A DNA stretch of 64,000 nucleotides from Dicyema japonicum (taxonomy: Eukaryota; Animalia; Dicyemida): the NCBI GenBank assembly GCA_011109175.1, contig RDEW01000005.1, forward strand, positions 838,124 through 902,123. Direction: 5' to 3'. This document shows positions 23,491 to 36,160 of the stretch, in pieces (position 1 is the stretch's first letter; the number at the start of each line of letters is the position of its first letter). The position numbers were made by a program, and so were the translations under genes. The notes below the pieces were generated by a model that made no database searches, was not told where the DNA came from, and saw only the letters and a program-made list of their open reading frames with translations.

Positions 23491-26224
23491 TCAGAAATCC
23501 TGTTTGATGTCTAATTTTATTTGGTCCGCTGTAGATTTCGACCTTCCCCTAGCAGGACTCTTCAACTCAGATGTTAGGTCATGCACATTAACAGGACTAA
23601 CAATTTGGTCCAAGTAAACACAGCTTTTCCCAACAATATAAACACTCGTCACCAGCTTCGTCAAAATCAGACTAAAATAACCGGAAAAACCAACCAGATA
23701 AAGAAAAGCACAAAAATTATAACGTTGGGATATCCACGTGCACCACAGGCACAATAGTTCTCAAAAGCAGCGCAGCCAGAGCCAGTGGAAGGAAGCTCAT
23801 CTTCCGTGAGACAATGTCGCTGTGATCGGAGGCTGCCCTCCGTTGCCTAGAGTTGATCAAATCCAGGGCAAGTCGGCACTTGAAGGAGAAATAGTTCTAG
23901 ACTAAACAGAAATCAAAACAGTATGGGAGAGGGAAGAGACACGTGTCACAAAAGAGTGCTTTATCCAATCAACGACACATTCCACGGCAAAGGCTATGAG
24001 AATAAACGGAAGCAGATTTCTCAGATGAGCTGGAATTTCAAAGTACAGAAAACCTAATTTCCAGCCAACATCCGACAGATTACGAATCGAAACCACACTG
24101 AGGAGGATTGCCAAATGGAAGCGCTCCCTCACATCCCAGCACGCCAAAGTGAAGTGAGTGTCCTTATTGAAGACTCGGAAGACGTTGGTTTTGATTTCAA
24201 TAAACTAGCAATAATAATTCCTCAGACATTATTCGACATCATTATAGTGAACAGTTCTGCACTGTGAGAGTTGAAGGCCACGTGGAGCACAGTCGCCTGC
24301 AGCAGCACAAGAATGAGTGCACAACTACAAAAATCAATAAAATGTCAAATATCAAGTCACTCATATTCAATTGCAGGTAAACAGTAATTATATGCGAATT
24401 ATCATTAATTAGCTGACAATTTGGACAAAAATGCAAATTATAACTTGAATAGTTGAAATTTGAGCGTAATTTGTAAAAAGAATATTTTGGCAGGATTTCA
24501 CAATCTTGTGATAAATACATAATCTAAGGCAAAGCGATAATTATTTACTCCTACAGAATCAATAGGTTATGAAAGAATATCCTCAGCTAACAAAGTGATC
24601 TCGGACCAACAGAGAATGGAGATAATCAGGGAATAAGGAACTAAAGTTAGGTGAGGTAAATGCAGTATAACCAACAAAAAATTGATTTAATAAAAATGGA
24701 CAAATACAAAAATAAACCGATAATTATCACTAAATGCATAAATCAGCAAAGCAATCCCACAAATTATTATTAAACAATCACCATTGTTACACAATAACTC
24801 AATTAAACGGCGGAAATAAGGAAACGCCGACTCAGCAAAATTAAGGCAGCAATAAAAACTATCACTAGGCTGGGATTAAAGAGTAAAGGTACAATATATC
24901 AATTATTATAGAGAAGCAGCTAAGACCAGCAACATGAGATACTGTACCACGTGCCAATATGAGGTAACCACTACACCACTAGCAATCTAGACAAGTAAGC
25001 TTGCTAAAGAAATCCAGCTGGAGTAACAATTGGGAGAGCAGCAAAGCAAATATGGGAGCTAAAACAGGAACTACTTCGAAATACCATAAAAAACGAGGAT
25101 ACCAAATTAATTCGTTATAATCCACAAATAGAATTTAATTAAGAATAACAGTCAAATCAATGAAAGCTTAATGAATACCAGCAAAAAGGCAAATAAACAA
25201 AATGACTCAAATAAACCATAGGCAGAAAAATGAACACATATCACCCCAATCAGAATATATATGAGCACACATATCGATAAGCAAAAATAAGCCTTCACCA
25301 CATCAGATCTCCTCATTAGACCTGAGTGAGTAGCCCGACTTAGCATTTACGCTCGAGCAAACAACCGACTCATTCACTAAAGGGACCCGGGTAAATAAAT
25401 AATGGTCATTCAAGAATCAAGGAAATAGTAAAAATCAAAAAATCATCAAAATTAAGCTAACCGTTAATATGCACAAAATTATGCGGACAATCAGAACTAA
25501 GCGCAGTCAAGCAAAAACAAGCCAATTACAACAAAAAACTAAAAAGTATAATCAACCAAAAACCCCCAAAACGACAAAACACAGCAAATAGCCGAGGTAG
25601 CAAATAAAGAAGTGACAATTTCGAAATGGCAAAATAATATAGGCATACACATATATAGGATCATCACCAGGTAATCGAAGCTCACATAACGTCCCTCAAC
25701 ACAGGACCAAATGGCTGTGTCGATGATATCACTCCCAATCGAACAGAATAGTTTATCCCCAATCTAAAATAACTCAGAACAGCTACTTCCAGCATATTGA
25801 AGAAAATGAACAATTTGATCAATTTTGAGACCGAATCAGGTGGTACAGCACATTCAAGTCGATTCGTGACAAAAAACAGCTCGTCAACAAAATTATGAAC
25901 ATCTTGAACAAATCGTTACGGTCCGCAGCGTCCAGCTGTCGTCTTTGGCTGAAACTCAGGATTTACGAATACATCAGTAATCGCTTAATCGAGAACAAAC
26001 AGCGAATCGGCATCAACGTGAAAATATACAGGAATATGTCCAGACACTGCACAAGTCCGAAAAATATAAACTTTTGGTGAAAATCTAATTACCTTTTCAA
26101 ATTCAAAGGGAATCGAAAGGAAGGATTTCACTGCCTGCCTTTTGGAGTCAAAGCCTTCTTGGTCATATGCTGGGTAAAAGACTTTCTTGAGCTCATTTTC
26201 TACGAACTGGTAGAAAAGTGACAT
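23491..26224 (-). CDS. TAPT1: Transmembrane anterior posterior transformation protein 1 (DUF747/Emp65 family)
   Basis: IPFEFEK/FIFFGLVQCLDIFLYIFTLMPIR; LYHLIRSQNLIKLFIFFNMLE; QATVLHVAFNSHSAELFTIMMSNN/FIEIKTNVF; DVRERF; VDWIKHSF; SDHSDIVSRKMSFLPL. Tiny introns plus one 1324-nt intron at 24325-25648. Confidence 0.92.
24560..25640 (-). pseudogene. Putative NUMT: degenerate nad2-like (Proton_antipo_M) sequence inside the TAPT1 intron
   Basis: Strong G+T bias on the minus strand and hydrophobic frames. Collinear motifs FSEWVG (TGA=W), RRSDVVKAYF, YPRFLWYFEV, ILARGTVSHVAG and LPHLT parallel the ND2 motifs WxGLE, RSTEAAxKYF, PFHFWVPEV, ILAYSSITHMG and LPPLT. Confidence 0.55.
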
Positions 26225-26399
26225 TCAAGAGATAAATGCCGACTAAACACAGAATTTGAATTTAATCGTGAATTTTTTTAATATTTTTAAATTTATTAAC
26301 AATTGAATTTATTTATTATTAAATTATATAAAATTATATGCAATTGTGTTTGACCTACGATTTTGTTATTACGAAAGCATCCGAAGAGTCGATGATAAT

Positions 26400-26700
26400 A
26401 AAATACTACAATGGCCCCTTCCTCCAATGACCAATCAGAATCCTCTCTTCCGAGGGACGTATGGGTAAACCTGACTCGTCTAAAATGTGACCACCCACCC
26501 GATTTCCTCTTTCCCTTTTGTTACCTATGCGTGGTGACAACAATCACCTATTTTAATGTCATGAATTAGCACAACGTTCGTCTACAATGCTTGGACTGAC
26601 CGATCAATGGGAGCGACCGGCATTTGCTGCGTCCTATTTAATAGTGCTGGCATCCTACAAGTTAGTGAGGCCGGGGTTACTTAACTAACTAACTACCTAC
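26400..26700 (+). mobile_element. 3' end of an I/Jockey-group-like LINE with (TAAC)n-like tail
   Basis: SLPRDVWVNLTRLKCDH...CYLC...WERPAFAA...gaggccggggtt followed by taactaactaact. Homologous to the end of the 60283-61525 element (SLPRKIRIGLARLRCGH...WERPV...gaagccggggtt). Confidence 0.7.
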
Positions 26701-26774
26701 TTTTTCAGTTAAGTGTAGACGTGTCTTAATTTCACAAATGTCCTAAAAGCGTTTGAGAATTCAAATAACTATCC

Positions 26775-27290
26775 TTCTTACTTTCAACACCAGAAAACTT
26801 CAAAAATTCGACCAAGAGACGCACTTTGTGTCAAAACATGGCGGATTGGTATGCTGCCTGCAGGAAACTAAGAGGACAGACGGATTGTACGAGAAGTATT
26901 GAAACTATGATTCCTTCGGATTCGAGAAACTGGTCATTAATTTTTCTACAACACAAGGAAGTTGTCCCTTGAAAGTTAAAGGAAGGATCTTTCATTGCAA
27001 CTTTGAAAAATCCTTAAGAACTTTACCAGTTCTACGAGTAATAGAAAGGACAATGACAGAATTTCAATTTTCCCAATGGCTGCCCGTCGCAGGAGACTGG
27101 AATGCGAAGGTAGGAATCCTAAATGAAAATGATGCCTCTATCGGTCGCCACAGAAGAGGAATCAGAAACTTCCCGGATCGACACTGATAAACTTCTGTCA
27201 AATATTTGTCTTCCTTCATGCAACAATTGCTTTCAACACTCACTCTTATAAAACTACGTAGACTTGAAAAGAATTTGTGCTAAAGGGAAA
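26775..27290 (+). mobile_element. RTE-like EEP endonuclease remnant
   Basis: TFNTRKL...CLQETK...VAGDWNAKVG...IGRHRRGIRN...INFCQ. Confidence 0.7.
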
Positions 27291-27504
27291 AAATCAACAT
27301 TATTCAAATAATTTCTACCCTTCTTCTTCAGTATCTGCTTCCTACGCGTCTGTTTATGATCGCGAGAATCCATACGCTAAATGTGTCTGAACAGTTTTCA
27401 CTGGATATCATTTATGTACAGACTTAAAGACCTACTCTTGCAAAATTATTTTTTTGAAATTTAATTTATTTAAAAAATAAACATATTTAATTTAAATAAA
27501 ACAA

Positions 27505-28314
27505 ACGGGTCCGGACTCAAAATCCCGAAGACAAAACGAAGCAAAGAAATTGGGATGACATTGTCTGCTCCAAAATTTTGGAAGACCTTAAAAAAGAAGC
27601 AAATCAACATCGTCTGGCTTGTTTGGTGTCAGCTTCAAGTAGAGGGAGTGGAGCATGGCTTGGTGCAATACCTTGCCAAAACCTCGTGACCTTTTTGGAC
27701 GACGATTCTTTGAGGATTGGAATCGGACAAAGGCTGGGACTGGACGTTTGCCAGGAGCACCGATGCCGATGCGGGAAAACAGTCGATGCGGAAAAACAGT
27801 CGATGCGAAAGGATTGCACCCGCTGTCCTGCAGAAGAAGCGCCGGAAGGGGACCACGTCATGCTGCTCTGAATGATGTATCGTCAGAGCTCCTGAAGGCT
27901 CAGGCTTGAACCAGTTGGGTCTTGATCGAGAGAGGGAAGAGACCTGACGGGATGACCCTTTTCCCCTTCACGTCTGGAAGATCTTTGGTCTGGGACGCAA
28001 CTTGCATAGACACGTTCTCAAGCACGAACATTTTTAAATCTGTTCAGACACCTGGAGCAGCTGCTTCGACTGCGGAAAACCTAAAAATCAAGAAATATTC
28101 TTGCCTCAAGGATCGCTACCGATTTACTCCTGTTGCGAACGAATCATCGGGAGCCGTTGGTCCAATGACGGCTGAATTCTTGCAAGAACTCGGAGGATTG
28201 CTTGCCAGAAAGAAAAGGGATCAATGAGAATGGTTATGGCTAAGACAAAAGATTGGAATAGCCATACTCCGAGGGAACTCTTTCGCAATCCACGCTGCAG
28301 GCTTCCTTAACTGA
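27505..28314 (+). mobile_element. CRE-like RLE 3' half, best-preserved copy
   Basis: KQRNWDD...SGAWLGAIP...CRCG...HPLSC...RHAALND...KRPDGMTLFPFTSGRSLVWDATC...KIKKY...WLRQKIGIAILRGNS, then an A-rich tail. Confidence 0.88.
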
Positions 28315-29256
28315 CATTTGTTTAATTGTTAAAAAAATTTTTGTTAAAAAAATAAATAAATAAAACAAATAAATTTTAACTTAAATAAATTCAAACTAAA
28401 ATGTGTAACTAATTAGTTTTGACGTTTTTAATTCTTATATATCTTCATTTACTTGATCGCCTTTAATTTTGAACAATCTCTTTCAACAGAAAACTACGCT
28501 TCACTGTGGATAACAAAAACACTAAAAATAGTAATAGGGGTTCTCAGTGGTTTGATAACATCTGAATATTTTGAAAGTGGGAAAATATGAAAAATGTAAT
28601 ATTCAGCAAAATCGGGTAATGTTCGATCATCAGCCAGTGTTACTAATTTTAAAGGATACAAATGACTCAACCTTTCGAATTGAACAAGATAAATTTAAAT
28701 TATATTTTAAAGCAAAATATAAGAATGATGGAGCTAAAATGTTTAAAATTAAACTTAAAAAATATACTGGTTAGTTATTGAGATAAAGTTAGACGTATAT
28801 ATCCTCATACAGGTTGACATGATCATAATATTGGCATTATTGCAGATGCAGTGAATTCAACTTTAAAAATAATTCACTTTCTGTTAAAATTGGGGAATTT
28901 CATTTTCAATTAATCAGACAGTCCAATATTAGTGATTTTATTGGGGAGGGTTTATTTCTACTTAATACTAGAAGATAATGTAATTCTCTACCACTAAGCA
29001 AATAACAGTAAGACGATTAACGCCTAAGTAAGAGACGATTTTTTGTTGGATTTATAGTGCCCTGTCTTTTTAGTATTTTCGTGATATTATACACCAAATA
29101 CAAATATAAACAAGATTGTTCACATTTACCAATAATTAGGTATTACCTAGACATTCTCATTGCTAATAATAATAGAGCTCCTTAATATTTAGCTTTGTTT
29201 ATTTTAATGAAAATAGAGACTGCACGTCTATTTCATCCTCTTCTCATCGAAAGACT

Positions 29257-29900
29257 TTACCGCTTCCCGGAAGCGTCAGAGTTAGTGCCTATACAGATAT
29301 GGTGGATATAGATTGCTTTAAAGACCGACAACTTTGAAGGGTGAAATGGATGATTACCTGGATTTATACAGAACAAATCCACAGCCATTTTAATCTTATC
29401 GACGAAATCATCATTATGTGAATTCTCTAAATACTTGACTTTATAGAGACAGACACAAAAAACTGCACTTTTACGCAGATCCATGATAGCTATAGCTCCG
29501 CTTAGACAGGACACAATCTCCAATCCCAATAAAATTCCACAGAATATAAAATTTTTCAAATATGGGTATTTTAAAAATGATGTTTTATCAAACTTATCTA
29601 AAATTATTTTATACGGCTTTGCCAATTCTATAATCCCATATGGCTATAGATAGAATGAGACGATAGATAGGTCCAGAACATATGCGTACGACCATTTTAA
29701 TATAATGGTGGATATGAGTAATTCGAGTCTCTTACAATCACTTTGAGGTCCTTGTTGAGGGTCACGTTGAGAGTGACCCTTGTCAAAGTATTGTTCTTTT
29801 ACTATAATTGCAGGGGTATCTATGTGCATCCCCAGTACTTACCCAAGGAGTCTCCACCTCGATTCAATAGTTTGATTGTACGAGTACTTGGAAAATAACC
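29257..29900 (-). CDS. Possible orphan membrane-protein gene
   Basis: 122-aa ORF with a TM-like segment FIFCGILLGLEIVSCLSGAIAIM. A candidate upstream exon carries NxS/T sites and a 23-nt intron gtaagt...cacatag. No family recognised. Confidence 0.3.
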
Positions 29901-31303
29901 ACATGAATACATCATGAATAAGTTATCTCAACGATTGGGAATCTCTCCTCTAAGCTGGCGACAACTTACACTTTCGCTTCCTAACCTTGCTTTGCACCAG
30001 AGAACAGTTTACTCTATTTGGAATCATGTACAGATAAAATTCTTAAGCAAAAAGGCCAATACACCAGAAAAACTTGCATTTAGTGCCTCACTCGGTTGAC
30101 TGTGAAAATCTCCTCTCCTAACTAAGTGATTCCAAACCGGCACGTGGGGGCCAATTCTGAGAGGACAGGGAAAAAGACTCTTATACAGTCACAGAGAAGC
30201 ACACACTCAAATTTAGATTAAAAAATTATTAATATTTTGTGTGTCCACAACGGCGCCTTCCGACGTATCAATGGTGGCATCAGACACTTGTCACGGTAAA
30301 ATCTTCCAATTTTTTAAAATATCGACGTTTTATTAAACCTTTATGTTGGTTTTTCAGCTCTTATGATAAAATGGAACAAAGAATAAGGAAATCATTAGAA
30401 GACTAACTTTTTGATGAAAAAACAATCAGCAACAAAAATGATGTCATAATAGTCTATTTTATACAACCAAATTTCTTCTTATGTGAAATAGACCGGTGAT
30501 CCCAGCCATTCAATTTTCTCGTTGCCTTCAATTATTAGTTTGTCTGGAATCGTGCCTATTCTATATCGTTGGAAGACACAAGCGGGAAATGAAAAGTTTT
30601 CATTACTAGGTCCATGAAGTAGTTCAAAAACTTAATTTGTTCCTAAATTAGTAATTTATATGGCACAGAAAGCAAAAGTCACAGAAGAAAATCAGTTGCA
30701 ACTCGTAAAATAAAGCTCACCACATTAATTGATGAAAAAACCATTGTCTAATTTCCACTGTTTGGTTAAAAGTAGAAGGGTTTATTGATTGATGACGACA
30801 TCTCTCGTTTAAAATGGTTAAAATTGGTAATGATTTTTGTCAATAAATTCAAACTTTAAAATGATATTCCAGTAACTTCTTTCTTGATGATTTTCAATAC
30901 TTAACACCCCTTTTTGAGTGTGTGTGCCATAACATATCTCTGTCCAGGGCCAAGAACGTGCCAAAGTAAACAAGAAAATTAAGGTCGGGAACATTATAGA
31001 CGAGGTACTGAAACTCTGCAGGTATGAGAAGGTACTTTTCTCACGGCAGAGGTGATCTAAAAAATTTCCCTACAACACCAATCAGCTCCATGTGATATAC
31101 GCACAACAAAAATAAAGGTAGACACACTACATTTCCCCATTACCAAGGCGGCTATATTACCATCTACCCAGAAGTGTTGGCCATGACAGAATAAGACTGA
31201 AACGTATAAAAGATCTAACTTGTGTTGCCGTGAACATATGCGTCAGAAAACGAGGAATTTCATCTTAAAGTTAGAAATCAGATAGAAAGATTATCACATA
31301 AAA

Positions 31304-31374
31304 GCGCCAGTGGTCTAATGGTATGATGTTAGCTTGCCATGTTAGCGACCCGGGTTCGATTCCCGGCTGGCGCA
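31304..31374 (+). tRNA. trnG-GCC: tRNA-Gly (GCC)
   Basis: Acceptor stem GCGCCAG/CTGGCGC, anticodon loop TTGCCAT, T arm CCGGG-TTCGATT-CCCGG, followed by a T-run Pol III terminator. Confidence 0.92.
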
Positions 31375-32418
31375 TCTTTTTCTGACAATTTTACCTCAAG
31401 TTTTTTTTAGTAAATTTTAATTTATGATAAATGTAATTAAATTAACACAGCCAACCATCCAAAGTGGACCCCGCAGATATTATCGACGTTGCTTCACTTT
31501 TCACGATTGGTACAGAAATCAACTGGAGAAGCCACCGGGTCTCATTTATCTTAAATTAACGAGTTAAAAATCACTTTTTATGACAAGATTCCATTATGGT
31601 CTACAACCACGCAATGGGAGTTATCCCTTATAATTTATAATGTAAAATAATGAATTAAATTTCAGATTAAAAAAAATTAATTTATTTACCTTCGAATGAC
31701 AAGAAAACGTTCTACCCACTTACCATCCAAGAGTCTTCCTTAATATTATCCGTAGAGCGTCATCCACTTTGAGTGTTTTGATTGCGGCTATAAAACTTGC
31801 TTACAATACCGTCCCATGTTTTACTAATGTATTATATTTACTTTAACGTTGTGCATTAACTCTAATTTTTACTTTACAGCATATTGTATTTATGCAATTC
31901 GAACTGCTTTGGCATTTCTTATATGTCTTCATTGTAGTTTCTTTTAACATACGACCACACCTTATCGCCGAGTGGTCGACACTTACGACGCTCCAATTTT
32001 TCTATCATTGCTAAGAATGAAGCAAATCAATCCCTTTTTATGTTTGTTCGATCAAGATGTCTTCCAAAGTCATTTTAGTAAGAACCAATTCATAGAACTG
32101 ATTCATATATTTTGATTGTACCAAATGTAATGACTCGTAGAATCCCTGCGTTCCTTAGACAAACTTCGACTTCTTTTCCAGATCTCGGAAAATTGTGGTA
32201 GTATTCGTTCACTTTTATGGCTAATAAACACCAAAACCTCTTCCAAGATTGTATCTTGGCAGAAGAGTCTTTTCTTGTTTCCAGGTTACAAGTGAATTCA
32301 ATGCAGGACAAAATTTTCTGTACATTTTGTTGAATGGGTTGTTGAGGCGATCAAATATTGACATTCAATATAGAGGCCTGTCAAATATAGAAGACGTTGC
32401 TTTTTCCATCCTCTAGTA

Positions 32419-32445
32419 CAGTGGTTCCCAACCTGGGTTCCGCGG
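32419..32445 (+). mobile_element. Isolated hAT Charlie/Buster-type terminus
   Basis: CAGTGGTTCCCAACCTGGG preceded by CTCTAGTA, close to the Charlie target consensus NTCTAGAN. Confidence 0.55.
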
Positions 32446-32529
32446 GATATGGGCATGACATGACAATAACACAGCGAAAAACAAAATTTTAAGAATAAAT
32501 AAAAATATATTCTACAATAATAAATATAG

Positions 32530-34964
32530 TCAAGAATTGGTCCTCGGAATGGCCCTAATGGAAATATCGCGCACAGCTCTAAATTCCCCACAATTATTCA
32601 AATGTTCATTTTCAAGTCGAAAATAATTCCAAACGAATCGTCTGCACACGGTAACAAATACTCCAACCTAAAGATCTCCACAATGACGAGAATTGTCCTC
32701 AGCGGTTCTGTCGCGTTAAAAATCCTAACTAGAACCCAAGAAAATCGAGCTATGCAATTTTCCACAACAGCAAAATAGTAAACCGCCTAAATGAACCAAA
32801 TCCATACCACGTGGGAATAAATCAGCTCATCCCTAAGGAGGAAGTACTCCTGAGGTTTCTCGAAGCTAAAAATACTCCAATCCATCCAATAATCCCAATA
32901 TAAGCAGTATAGGGTTTTGATCAAAGAAGTCACGACGACCAAGGCTACAAGGTTGATGCTTGGCGAAATGATCTTCCCGTTTTTCCAAATCCAACATAAA
33001 AATGGCAAAAATATTCAAAATTCCGCTTAAATATTTTCCCGCGTTGACTAAATGCGGAAAGAACTTTCTAGTGTCGACGTAACGTCTCACACATTGGAGA
33101 AGCCGAATACAGAAGGGAATCGTCGCGAGGAAGTACAACCCGTAAAAGTGACCCTCCACCTCATAATCTGCAAAAATTTAGTTTCCTCTACCTTCACTGC
33201 TTTCATGAACTGCCTTGGAGTATAAAATAAACAGTTCGATCTCAATCATTAATTCCGCCATGCTGGTTAGCTGATCCCCCAGCCAAAAGTCCGCAAATGT
33301 GACTTTGAACAATCCGGCGGAAAACAATCGTCCCTTAAATGAGTGAGAAGCCAACAATTTGTTTGATCAACCAAAATCGACTGGAATAAAGGACTGAGAT
33401 CGGATTCAACAAAAGTACGCAAATAACGACCCAGAATACAAGTATCGGTGTAAAATGATCTATTTCAAGAAAGTCGCTCAGTAAAAAACTCGTTATACTC
33501 AAATTCACAATAGACTAATAAATCCAGAAATCTAAATTTTTTATTTAAATAAAAATAATTAATTAAAAAATATATTAAAAATTTAAATAAATAAAAAGTT
33601 AAAAAATAAGACAGATAAAGAAAATCAATCCAACAAAAAGGGAAACAAACCAAAAAGTAATGCATGTACGATAAATGGTCACGTGGGTTAAGTTCGAATA
33701 TCAGCACATGGTTGACACCGGCTTTATTCCACCCATAAACGTTAAAGCCCAAGAGAAACATAAAAACGGAAATAAGCATAGGTCCACGGTAAACGACATT
33801 AAATCTATCCCAGTCATACTCCTGCTTAGAATAGAAAGCTTAAACGTCAGAATGCTGATAACCAATCAAAATGTTGACTACTAACATCAAAAGATTTGCA
33901 GCAAAGAAAAATCCGGCAAAAAACGTAGTAACTGGAAAGAATTTCTAAATCAATCACCATACATTTTGAAACGGAGGAACCCGCAGTTTAGTCATTGCCT
34001 TAGATCGGTTTCCTCCTTCCAGGTGATTTATAAATAATTTCTGGGAGTAAAAGTCATTGGAAACCTCAATTTCGTCAATAACGACATCAACGCTGTTATC
34101 TCTGCTAAAATAAGCACTGTCGATATACTCACGTTTAAAGTTCATTCCCCAAGAAGAATTTATTAACTGTCAAGGTAACCGTTTAAATTTTATTTACAAA
34201 AAAATAAATAATAATAAAAAAGGTTAACAAAGAGAATTTGAAAATTTTAATAAAAAATTAATAAAATTTAAATTAATTATTATATTAAAAAATTTAAATT
34301 TTTAATAAAATATTATGGAAATTTTACTTTGTCGTGCTTTTTAAGGATTTTTCGAAATCCTGTTGAATTCAAGGATTGGTAGTTTTGAATGAGAACGGCA
34401 GACAGGTAAAGTTCTTGAAAGGCAAATTTAAACTTTCTGTTAGTTTTTACGTAAATTTTTGAATTTTTATTTTCCATATTCTGTGCTTCGTTGAATGAGG
34501 ATCGCAATTCGTTAAATTTTCTCTCAATTGATGCTTTGTTTTCTACGAAAATAGAGTTTTACAAAACCTTTATAAAAATCGTCAATTTTTCTCAATTCAT
34601 TCCTTAAAAGGTCGCAGAAAAATTCTCGAAATCCTCTTTCATCGGATTCGCCCTTTTGTCTCTTGAAAGATAAATTTAAAATTTGATGGAATGCCCACAA
34701 CATCGCATTTCGATAAATATAATTTATTTAAAATTTAAATTTATTTTAAAATATAATTTATATTAAATAAATTTAAATAGGATAATTAACATTGATTATT
34801 ATTTATGACGCTTATCGACAGCCTAATAAACACTTACTTTTTTCTTTTTCTTTGTAAAGCAACTCCTTAAGTTTCTAGATATTAAGCCATAAGTACTCCA
34901 TAGAAATGTACTGAATTCTCCATTCTGGAGTTATATGGGCGTCTAAATGCTTTCGAAACTTCAT
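32530..34964 (-). CDS. XPR1: SPX-EXS phosphate exporter XPR1/SYG1
   Basis: [20 protein letters not shown]; [29 protein letters not shown] (SPX); [13 protein letters not shown]; [11 protein letters not shown]; [27 protein letters not shown] (EXS). Confidence 0.95.
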
Positions 34965-35164
34965 GAATATTGAAATTATCGCATGCATAAATTATATACG
35001 GCAACTGCGCTCCGGCATGAATATTTGTACAGTTTTTATGCCAGAAACGATTGTTAATGTCGTTCTCTCAAATGTTGGGAGTCAATCTAAGATTTCCCAT
35101 TGTCCGGTCAATCGGAACGTAAGTAGGTTGACTGAAGGAATAGAAAATGATTAATTGTTTTGTC

Positions 35165-35410
35165 TCACAGCTGGTGAGAATAATAGTGCTGATGATCATG
35201 TTCTCTTTAAGTTTTAAAAGTACAGCTTTTATTCGGATATATCCAGTTCGTTTGGACTCTTGTGTTGTTGTTGGTCGGATGAACTAGAAACCGATTATCA
35301 CCTGGCTTATCTCGCAGCTGGTGACAATAATACCGCTAATGACCTCTCTTTAGAAGCTTTAAACCTATAGCTTCTGTTTCGATATATATCCGTTCATTTG
35401 GTCCCTCGTT
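35165..35410. repeat. Two diverged ~150-bp tandem units
   Basis: cagctggtga(g/c)aataata...tagct...gatatatcc.gttc.tttgg occurs at ~35165-35260 and ~35315-35405. Confidence 0.6.
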
Positions 35411-35619
35411 ACTTATGTAGGTTAAGTGAAGACTTTCATGTATTGGGTAACATTCAGGTTCTCGTCCATGCTTATTGCAGGAACTTGGATAGTGATGTAT
35501 TATGTACGCTTTTCACTTTGAAGTTCTTATAATAGTAACTGCTAATGAGTGTAGAAAATTTGAAATTTCTATCGAATGTCAATTAAATGATATTCACAGG
35601 ATAAAATGATCTTATATTG

Positions 35620-36160
35620 TTTCCACGTGGTAAAATTCTGATTTGGAGTAAATGTCGCTTTCAAATGTTCGGTTATCTCACTTTACGGTTACTTTGGTCA
35701 AAGTTATGTATTTTCCTACGGAGAGTTTACAGATCTTCCGGGATTAGCAATTTCATTTTTACCTACAATAAATCATAGTTGAGGAAAGTCAGTAGTCATT
35801 CATGTTCAAGAAAACTATTAATTCTCATTTTGATTGTAGTAAGATCTACCATTCCGCAGAACAGTGGTAATGTTCTATTTCTTAATCCTCCAGGAAAATG
35901 CTCACTTTAATTTGAGAGGTAAACGTGATGCTCACGAGGGGGTCGTACTGACACTCAATAACTTGACGGAGTATGTTGAAAAGATAAAATCCGTCACAGT
36001 TACCAGACAAGCGGTCACGCCGGATAATTTTATAATCAAAAAAGGTAGGGGGAGTTTTGTTTCTAAGTAGACATATGTCCGTATAATGTTTTTTTTTCAA
36101 AAAGTTCTTAAGTAAAAACATCTTACACATCAGTTAACATAATTTATGAAGTCAGGTGAA
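35620..36160 (-). mobile_element. LINE EEP endonuclease remnant
   Basis: LKNFL..HYTDICLL...DYKIIRRDRLSG corresponds to the EEP motifs DIxxLQET and GYxxxRxDR. Confidence 0.55.

Noticed and set aside
32090-32311. ORF with WKRFWCLL, PH-domain-like
   Set aside because: It is a single short motif with no other PH strands recognisable, and the surrounding frames are broken.
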